Translations under genes and position numbers: made by a program
Part shown: piece by piece, positions 57,041-64,000 of the stretch
Numbering within the stretch: position 1 is the stretch's first letter
How the letters are laid out: every line of letters begins with the position of its first letter
The notes under the pieces: generated by a model
What the model saw: the letters and a program-made list of their open reading frames with translations, nothing else
Database searches by the model: none
What the model was told of the DNA's origin: nothing
Virus record (IMG/VR): IMGVR_UViG_3300020578_000012
Direction: 5' to 3' (one strand)
DNA length: 64,000 bases
Origin: an uncultured virus (IMG/VR IMGVR_UViG_3300020578_000012)
Taxonomy: Duplodnaviria > Heunggongvirae > Uroviricota > Caudoviricetes

Positions 57041-58042
57041 ATGAAAATACATTTATTGACGAATCCTCGCAATCCAACAGGATTGACGAATAGAATTGAT
57101 CCCTTTGCGGTACACGCATACAAATACATAAAACATCTTTCTAACCATTATGAGTTTATTCACTATGGTATTGAAGGCGCACAAGTAAATTGCGAACATG
57201 TAAATGTTCCTGGTATGATTGACGCAGATACAACTGCATTTAATCAAGCAGCAGGAAACGAAATTCAAAAAAGAAAAACAAAAGATGATCTGATCGTTTG
57301 TTTTTTTGGTATTGATAATAAATTAGCCTGTGACATGAATTCAGAATGTAAAGTCATTGAACCATCTATTGGTTATAGATCTAATGGGGTTTTTGCACCA
57401 TATCGTGTGTTTACTTCTTACGCAAATATGCATTACTATTATGGTGAAAATGGAATGCTGATGAAACCATCTTGGTTTGATGCGGTGATTGGTAATCCAT
57501 TTACCATTAGTGAATTTGAGTATTCTTACGAGAAACAAGATTATTTTTTATTTCTTGGTCGCGTTATGGAAGAGAAGGGTATACATCTTGCGATACAAGC
57601 AACAGAAAAATTAAATAAAAAACTTATTATAGCAGGTCCTGCAGATGATTTACGTCATCTTGGTTATGATAAAATACCTGACCATGTTGAGTTAGTCGGT
57701 TATGTGCATGCTGAGAAGCGAAAAGAACTTCTAAAAAATGCAAAAGCACTTCTTGGTTTGACATATTATGTTGAACCATTCGGTAATATGATTATCGAGG
57801 CTAATTTGTCTGGTACTCCTGTGATTACAACAGATTGGGGTGCATTCCCAGAGATAGTTCTTGATGGTCAGACGGGGTATCGAATCAGAGACTTTAAACA
57901 ATTATTAAATGCGATGGAAAACATAAAGTACATTGATCCAGTGGAATGTAGAAAATGGGGATTAAATTTTTCCGACGAAATAATCCACGAAAAACATCAT
58001 CAATATTTGCAAAAAGTTATAAAGAATTCTTTTTATGATTAA
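57041..58042 (+). CDS. Glycosyltransferase family 4 (GT-B)
   Basis: FLGRVMEEKG, EPFGNMIIEANLSGTPVI. Confidence 0.9.
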   Translation: MKIHLLTNPRNPTGLTNRIDPFAVHAYKYIKHLSNHYEFIHYGIEGAQVNCEHVNVPGMIDADTTAFNQAAGNEIQKRKTKDDLIVCFFGIDNKLACDMNSECKVIEPSIGYRSNGVFAPYRVFTSYANMHYYYGENGMLMKPSWFDAVIGNPFTISEFEYSYEKQDYFLFLGRVMEEKGIHLAIQATEKLNKKLIIAGPADDLRHLGYDKIPDHVELVGYVHAEKRKELLKNAKALLGLTYYVEPFGNMIIEANLSGTPVITTDWGAFPEIVLDGQTGYRIRDFKQLLNAMENIKYIDPVECRKWGLNFSDEIIHEKHHQYLQKVIKNSFYD

Positions 58043-58793
58043 AAAGTTATTCATTATTACATCAACAATTGAACCGAGTGATATTGGACTCACCTATTCC
58101 AAAGTGCGGAGTATATTCTCACCTGACGAAAGATTTAGGCAAACTGTTGGTACTATCACTTCAATACATAATGCTCATCCAGATGCAAAAATTGTGTTGT
58201 TAGATTCTTCAAATGATACAAATGGATTACTAAATCATCTACGCTTTATGCCCAACTTAAATGTTGTGTCATTAAAAAACATAAACTCAGAAATTGCAGA
58301 GATTGTAAACACAAATAGAAATAAAAGTTTATGCGAATGTTTGATGACCAATACCTATCTTAAACAATATAAAAAATATGTCAATGAGTTTGATTTTATT
58401 ATTAAAGTGAGCGGAAGATATAATCTATTTAATTTTACAGATTATTTTACTGAAGAAAATAAAAATAAAATATTTTTTAAAAAACCATCTTGCTTTAAAT
58501 GGGGTAATGATTGGGACTGGAGATTTCACCATGTTGATTTGCGACATTCTCAACAGGACGATTACCTTCGACAATATTGTACAGTGCTATTTTCATTTGC
58601 AACAAATCATTTAGATAAACTAATAGATATGAATGATGCAATTATACACTTTCTAAAACAACCATCAATGTCTCAATATGATATGGAAATACTTTATTAT
58701 TATCTGTCTAGATCATTTGAATCAGATATAATTGAAACTGAATGGTCTGTCTGTGGATGGGATGGCACTTCTGGTAGATTTATGTATTACTAA
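58035..58793 (+). CDS. Hypothetical protein, glycosyltransferase-like
   Basis: IITSTI, ERFRQT, IKVSGRY; cluster context. Confidence 0.55.
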   Translation: MIKKLFIITSTIEPSDIGLTYSKVRSIFSPDERFRQTVGTITSIHNAHPDAKIVLLDSSNDTNGLLNHLRFMPNLNVVSLKNINSEIAEIVNTNRNKSLCECLMTNTYLKQYKKYVNEFDFIIKVSGRYNLFNFTDYFTEENKNKIFFKKPSCFKWGNDWDWRFHHVDLRHSQQDDYLRQYCTVLFSFATNHLDKLIDMNDAIIHFLKQPSMSQYDMEILYYYLSRSFESDIIETEWSVCGWDGTSGRFMYY

Positions 58794-58797
58794 TATT

Positions 58798-59355
58798 ATG
58801 AAAACAACAATAATTGTAACTGATGATTTTTATCAAAACCCAAATGCTGTGCGGGAATATGCATTATCGCAACCATTTGAAGTTCGTGGTAATTATCCTG
58901 GTCTAAGAACTAAACCATATTTACCCGATGATCTAAAACAAAGTATACAAAATATTGTTTATCAAGCCGCAGGTAATATTACCGATTGGATGGAACATTC
59001 TGGATATACTGGTGCATTTCAAATTTGCACAGCACAAGATAGAACATGGATTCATGCTGATAGTTACAATAATTGGGCAGCAGTTTGTTATCTAACTCCA
59101 AATGCGCCATTGTCAGCAGGAACAGCATTATACCGCCATAAAGAAACCGAATCATATGTAAGAGAAGATAACACTCAGCCACATCTAGATGGATATGACT
59201 ATACAAAATGGGACATGGTAGATTATGTCGCAAACAAATACAATCGAATCGTAATGTATCGCGGCAATTTATACCATGCTTCTTTGGATTATTTTGGAGA
59301 TAATTTATATAATGGTAGATTATTTCAAACTTTTTTCTTTAATACTGAATACTGA
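58798..59355 (+). CDS. 2OG-Fe(II) oxygenase-like (DUF6445-like)
   Basis: DDFYQNP, YPGLRT, WIHAD, CYLTP, YNR...YHAS, RLFQTFFF. Confidence 0.8.
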   Translation: MKTTIIVTDDFYQNPNAVREYALSQPFEVRGNYPGLRTKPYLPDDLKQSIQNIVYQAAGNITDWMEHSGYTGAFQICTAQDRTWIHADSYNNWAAVCYLTPNAPLSAGTALYRHKETESYVREDNTQPHLDGYDYTKWDMVDYVANKYNRIVMYRGNLYHASLDYFGDNLYNGRLFQTFFFNTEY

Positions 59356-60101
59356 TGAAGATTCTACACATTGTATTTTCTTGCAACAGAATTAAATATC
59401 TGTTGCCCACAATAGAATCCTGGTCTAAACTAGACTATGGAAGCCATGAGATTACACGTTTAATTGTTGATGATTATCCTAGAACTCGCAATGATAATAT
59501 ATTCGAGTTATTGGGAAAGGTTCATAACACACTATTGTGGAAAAATATACAAAATCTTGGACTCTCTGTAACATGGACTAATTTCTTTAATTGGTTAAAA
59601 ACTCAGGACTATGATTACATTTTGCATCAAGAAGATGATGTAATTCTAAAAGAAAACATTTGTATAGATGATATGATAGAATGTTTAGAGTCAGATTCAA
59701 ATATGGCATCTGTTGTTTTACAAAGACAACCTTGGTATTTTCACGAAGAACCGTGTAAAATAGAGGATACAGATACTCAATTCAAGCAATATTATTATAG
59801 CAAAAATGATAAGACATTTCCGATTATATTCTCTTTATATCGAAAAAATATCACAGATCATCCCTTTATAGATTATTGGAAATTTAATCTAAATGAGGGT
59901 ATGATTATGGTGTATTTGGATTACTTTCATAAGATGTATGCAGCCAATCTAAAAGGTTCAAATGGCGAAAATCTAATAGAACATATCGGCGAAGAAACCA
60001 CTGGTAAAAGGATACTTCCAGGAGAGCCAAGATATGAGTTTTTTGAGCATATGGATCCCGATAAGACCTATACCTCAAGAGAAGGAAAACTTGTAGAATA
60101 A
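59355..60101 (+). CDS. Glycosyltransferase family 2-like
   Basis: SCNR, IVDD, LHQEDD, EHIG. Confidence 0.75.
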   Translation: MKILHIVFSCNRIKYLLPTIESWSKLDYGSHEITRLIVDDYPRTRNDNIFELLGKVHNTLLWKNIQNLGLSVTWTNFFNWLKTQDYDYILHQEDDVILKENICIDDMIECLESDSNMASVVLQRQPWYFHEEPCKIEDTDTQFKQYYYSKNDKTFPIIFSLYRKNITDHPFIDYWKFNLNEGMIMVYLDYFHKMYAANLKGSNGENLIEHIGEETTGKRILPGEPRYEFFEHMDPDKTYTSREGKLVE

Positions 60102-60108
60102 CTAAATA
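60101..60108 (+). promoter_or_regulatory. T4-like late promoter element
   Basis: ACTAAATA directly upstream of structural genes. Confidence 0.62.
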
Positions 60109-60135
60109 TACAATAACGAATTCAGAGGAAAAAAG

Positions 60136-60525
60136 ATGGCAGACATCTCAGCTAACAGATATGATATGATTATGTGGCAAGGAAGCACCTTTGGTATGAA
60201 TGTTTCCGTTCAATACGCCAATGGATCAGTTCAGAATCTTACAGGTTATAGCGCGAGAATGCAAATACGCAGCACCTATGGTTCTGCAACTGTAACTGAA
60301 TCGCTTACAAGCGCAAATGGCGAAATCGCAATTAGTGGTGCAACAGGCACTTTGACGCTTACATTACCTGCCATCAGAACAAAAGACATATTTGTTGATT
60401 TGAATGATTCATCCAAACCACCAAAAACAAAATACGTCTACGATCTAGAATTAGTAGATAACACGAACACAGTCACAAAATTGCTCTATGGTGATTTATC
60501 AGTTTATGGCGAAGTAACTAGATGA
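60136..60525 (+). CDS. Virion structural or fibre-adaptor protein
   Basis: [28 protein letters not shown]. Confidence 0.7.
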   Translation: MADISANRYDMIMWQGSTFGMNVSVQYANGSVQNLTGYSARMQIRSTYGSATVTESLTSANGEIAISGATGTLTLTLPAIRTKDIFVDLNDSSKPPKTKYVYDLELVDNTNTVTKLLYGDLSVYGEVTR

Positions 60526-61613
60526 GTGTACTTGAAGTTATTTCAGTTGTAGAAACTGATGGCGGTGTTTCTGTTGTTACAACCACAGAACAAACAACCG
60601 TTGTAGTTCAAGATTCTGCAGTTCGCGGTCCACTCGGACCACAAGGTCCTCAAGGTCCACAGGGACCTCAAGGACCACAAGGACCGCAAGGTGCACTCTC
60701 ACCATGGGCTGTTAAAGACAGTAATTATACACTAGTCAACGGCGATCGTATTATTGCAAATACGACAACAAATAGTGGATTTACGCTTACATTGCCTGCT
60801 TCTCCAACATCAGGAGATTATGTTGTAATCACAGATGGTGGTGATTTTAGCGTAGATAATTTAACTGTTGCTCGTAATGAATCAACGATTGAAGCATTAT
60901 ACGACGATTTAATTATAAACGTCAAAAATATAACTGTTGAATTGATTTACAATGGTTATACTTGGGAAGTAACTGCTACAGCAGGTCCTGCAGGTCCGTC
61001 GGGTCCTGCTGGTGGACCACAAGGTCCTCAGGGTCCGTCTGGTCCGTCAGGTCCTGATGGTGCAGCAGGTCCACAAGGTCCAATTGGTGTAACTGTGATT
61101 GGTCCGCAAGGTCCGCAAGGTCCATCAGGACCAACAGGTGAAACAGGTTCTGGTGGTCCAGAAGGTCCATCAGGACCAGCAGGTCCGAGCGGTCCATCTG
61201 GTGGTCCTCAAGGTCCAACAGGTCCTCAAGGTCCTCAAGGTGATGTTGGTGATACAGGTGTCGCGGGTCCATCAGGTGCTAATGGTCCTCAAGGTCCGCA
61301 GGGTCCACAAGGTCCAAGCGGACCGATCAGTTTATCTTTCTCAATTGAAACATCAAATTTTAATGCAGCAGCAGGAAATCGTTACGGTGTCGACACATCT
61401 AGCGGCGTTATTACTGCAACATTACCAGCAAGCCCATCAACTGGACAAGCAATTTATTTTGCTGATGCTGGTGGTTCTTTTGGAACAAATAGTTTAACGA
61501 TTGCAAGAAATGGAAATACAATCGGCGGAGATGCGGTTGATTTAACTATTAGCACAAATGGTGATAGCGTTGGATTGTTCTACACTGGAACAACTTGGAG
61601 AGTCTTTGAATGA
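60522..61613 (+). CDS. Collagen-like fibre protein
   Basis: Gly-X-Y (GPQ/GPS/GPT) runs and two TLPASP..G..D repeat domains. Confidence 0.85.
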   Translation: MSVLEVISVVETDGGVSVVTTTEQTTVVVQDSAVRGPLGPQGPQGPQGPQGPQGPQGALSPWAVKDSNYTLVNGDRIIANTTTNSGFTLTLPASPTSGDYVVITDGGDFSVDNLTVARNESTIEALYDDLIINVKNITVELIYNGYTWEVTATAGPAGPSGPAGGPQGPQGPSGPSGPDGAAGPQGPIGVTVIGPQGPQGPSGPTGETGSGGPEGPSGPAGPSGPSGGPQGPTGPQGPQGDVGDTGVAGPSGANGPQGPQGPQGPSGPISLSFSIETSNFNAAAGNRYGVDTSSGVITATLPASPSTGQAIYFADAGGSFGTNSLTIARNGNTIGGDAVDLTISTNGDSVGLFYTGTTWRVFE

Positions 61614-61629
61614 TTGGAGTTATTAACTA

Positions 61630-62847
61630 ATGCCAGATCCAGGTCCTCAAGGTCCACAAGGACCACAAGGTGTTGCTGGTCCTCAAGGTGTTGCTGGTCC
61701 GCAAGGTCCAAGTGGACCCAGAGGTCCACAAGGTGTAGTTGGTCCAACAGGTCCAGCAGGTGGTCCACAAGGTCCTCAGGGTGTTGTTGGACCACAAGGT
61801 CCTTCAGGTCCAAAAGGTCCAACAGGTCCTCAAGGACCACAAGGTCCTCAAGGTCCGCACTTTCCTTGGACGCTCAGAGTTGCAAATTATCAAGCAGTTG
61901 CCAATGATCGCATTTTAGCTGATACAACTGGCGGTTCATTTGTTGTAACGCTACCACAAAATCCTGTCGTTGGTGATTACATTAAAGTTGCTGACACAGG
62001 TAACTGGGCAACGAATAAACTTATTGTTTGCCCATATCCATCTACTGGCGCACCACTTACATTTGCTAATTATGAATCTGCTACATTTCAATCTTATGCT
62101 GCATCATCTTCTACGATTGAAAAATTAAGTCAGTGTGTATGCTTAGATCAAGCAGGATTAATTGTACAATTTATTTACAATGGCGCGACGTGGGAATTGT
62201 TTGCTCAGATCGGCGCGAAGGGTCCGCAAGGTCCTACTGGTCCGCAGGGTCCTCAAGGACCACAAGGTCCATCTGGCGCAAGTGGTCCACAAGGTCCAGT
62301 TCAGCGAGCAACGGTTTCTGGTTCTCCACCTGCGAGCCCATCTACTGGTGATATTTGGTGGGATTCAGATAGTGGATTTATCTACATTCGCGTAGAAAGT
62401 GATGGTTGCTCTCAATGGATCAGCGCCATACCAGGAAAAGGTAGTGGCGGTGGCGGCGGCGGTGCACTCTCTTCTAGAGAAGCATTTGCTGTAACAACAG
62501 CATCCTTGAGTAATGATGGAATAGGAAATTTATCTTTTGGTGGATATAAAGGATACGCATTATATAAAATACAAACGAATGCTGCTGCTTGGGTTCGCAT
62601 TTATACTTCTGTAGCAAATAGAACAGCAGATGCAGGAAGATTAATTAATGCTGATCCAGAAGCAACAGCAGGTGTTGTTGCTGAAGCAATTACAACTGGT
62701 GCACAAACTGTTTCATTCTCACCAGCAGTAGTTGGATATAATAACGAAGATACTGTAACAAACTCAATTCCTATCGCAGTTAAAAATCTAAGCGGATCCA
62801 CTAGAACTATTACTGTTACGATTACGCTTGTAAAACTTGAGGACTAA
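61630..62847 (+). CDS. Collagen-like fibre protein
   Basis: GPQ/GPT runs, TLPQNP domain, [13 protein letters not shown] motif. Confidence 0.85.
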   Translation: MPDPGPQGPQGPQGVAGPQGVAGPQGPSGPRGPQGVVGPTGPAGGPQGPQGVVGPQGPSGPKGPTGPQGPQGPQGPHFPWTLRVANYQAVANDRILADTTGGSFVVTLPQNPVVGDYIKVADTGNWATNKLIVCPYPSTGAPLTFANYESATFQSYAASSSTIEKLSQCVCLDQAGLIVQFIYNGATWELFAQIGAKGPQGPTGPQGPQGPQGPSGASGPQGPVQRATVSGSPPASPSTGDIWWDSDSGFIYIRVESDGCSQWISAIPGKGSGGGGGGALSSREAFAVTTASLSNDGIGNLSFGGYKGYALYKIQTNAAAWVRIYTSVANRTADAGRLINADPEATAGVVAEAITTGAQTVSFSPAVVGYNNEDTVTNSIPIAVKNLSGSTRTITVTITLVKLED

Positions 62848-62848
62848 A

Positions 62849-64000
62849 ATGTCCAAATTAGAAGAGTATGTTGTTACTTTAAAAGATAAAAAAGATTTGG
62901 ATGATTTCTATGATGACATGGAAACTCCTGGCGGAAATCTGTACATACCGAAAAGAAGAGTTGATGTTGCGAATCGCAGACTAATCAGCAGAAACACACA
63001 TTATTATTTAACAAAAGAAGAAGCACAAAAAATAAAAAGTGATCCTCGTGTTTTGGATGTTGAAATTCCAGTCAAAAATAATCCAGGAATAGGCATTACA
63101 CCATGCTATAAACAGCATTCTGATTTTTGGAGTAAGAGTAATAAATCAACTACAAATCCAAATACAGAATATGCTGGCGCACCAGAAGGATTTTCTGGTT
63201 TTTTAAATTGGGGATTGTTTCGCTCTTATCTTGGACAACAAGTCGCAGGATGGGGATCTGATGCCAATGGAGAAATCGGCGGCGAAGTCATTATAAATGC
63301 TGAAGGTAATAATGTTGATGTTGTAATCGTAGATGGATATGTGTTGCCAAATCATCCAGAATTCGCATTAAATTCAGATGGAAGTGGCGGCTCAAGAGTC
63401 GTTCAATATAATTGGTTAAGTTTAAATCCATTTGTAAATAATACAAAGGCAGGAAATTATGATTACTCAAGTGAAAAAAACGCAGGCAATATAGAGCATG
63501 GAAATCATGTTGCTGGTTTAGCCTGCGGAAATACGAATGGCTGGGCAAGAAAAGCAAACATTTATAATATTAGCCCTTATGGCAGCGATTCAAATAAGAT
63601 TGATCCAAACTTATTATTTGATTACATAAGAGAATTTCATAATAGAAAATCAGTTAATAATGTAACCAAAAGAAGAAACCCTACAATTGTAAATAACAGT
63701 TGGACGCTTACGCACAGATTTTGGGGATTGTCTGAAATTGATTATATTTCTTATAGAGGCGAAACGATAAGACCACAGGGTGGATGGACATTTAATTTAA
63801 TGAAACAATATGGATTTGCGCCATTCGGATTGTGTAGTTTGCGCTTATCATCTATAGATGCCGATGTTGAAGATGCAATGGAAGATGGTGTGATTATGGT
63901 TGGTGCTGCTGGTAATTTTTATGAAACTGCAGCAGCAGAAAATCACCCAGATCATTTAAACAGATTATATTATAGAAATGGAGAAAGTTTCCGTTACAAT
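62849..64000 (+). CDS. Subtilisin-like serine protease (S8), 3'-truncated by window edge; absent from ORF track
   Basis: Manual translation: I9-like propeptide (EYVVTL...EAQKIKSDPRV), VDVVIVDG, HGNHVAG, IVNNSW, GAAGN. Confidence 0.88.
   Translation, partial: MSKLEEYVVTLKDKKDLDDFYDDMETPGGNLYIPKRRVDVANRRLISRNTHYYLTKEEAQKIKSDPRVLDVEIPVKNNPGIGITPCYKQHSDFWSKSNKSTTNPNTEYAGAPEGFSGFLNWGLFRSYLGQQVAGWGSDANGEIGGEVIINAEGNNVDVVIVDGYVLPNHPEFALNSDGSGGSRVVQYNWLSLNPFVNNTKAGNYDYSSEKNAGNIEHGNHVAGLACGNTNGWARKANIYNISPYGSDSNKIDPNLLFDYIREFHNRKSVNNVTKRRNPTIVNNSWTLTHRFWGLSEIDYISYRGETIRPQGGWTFNLMKQYGFAPFGLCSLRLSSIDADVEDAMEDGVIMVGAAGNFYETAAAENHPDHLNRLYYRNGESFRYN

Noticed and set aside
60620..62300. GGTCC(A/T/G)CAA tandem repeats as a DNA repeat element
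   Set aside because: Explained by Gly-Pro-Gln collagen coding
1079..63557. Numerous minus-strand and alternative-frame ORFs in the supplied track
   Set aside because: They lie opposite or inside well-supported + strand genes and show no recognisable motifs, so they are shadow ORFs
1..64000. Stop-codon reassignment
   Set aside because: Core genes are full length in the standard code, and TAA, TGA and TAG all terminate genes

Overview
This 64-kb window is part of a large T4-like (myovirus-type) phage genome, read in the standard genetic code, with essentially all real genes on the + strand. From left to right it holds: gp47/gp46 and peptide deformylase; a vWA-metallopeptidase plus MoxR/CobS-like AAA pair; a TET/JBP dioxygenase plus glycosyltransferase cassette; dNMP kinase, gp45, DsbA, gp44, an inserted nuclease, gp62 and RegA; dUTPase, Hsp20 and dCMP deaminase; many small early ORFs; 2OG-Fe(II) oxygenase, glycosyltransferase and methyltransferase clusters; gp43, UvsX and gp41; a dTDP-sugar/3,6-dideoxyhexose pathway; probable internal-head polyproteins; a lysis cassette; collagen-like fibre genes; and a partial subtilisin. 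The most notable signal is that the TET/JBP dioxygenase, its partner glycosyltransferase and a PD-(D/E)XK nuclease all end in the same peptide, STLD(D/H)MF. This resembles the sliding-clamp-binding tail of T4-type polymerases and suggests a clamp-tethered DNA modification/restriction system. Other signals include three IHF-site promoters making leaderless mRNAs, a ROSE-like thermometer before hsp20, a leader pseudoknot, a cloverleaf-like RNA before gp44, an orphan antisense promoter, and DNA-identical EEVEQIDE linkers in modular proteins. All calls come from motif recognition by eye; no searches or folding programs were run.
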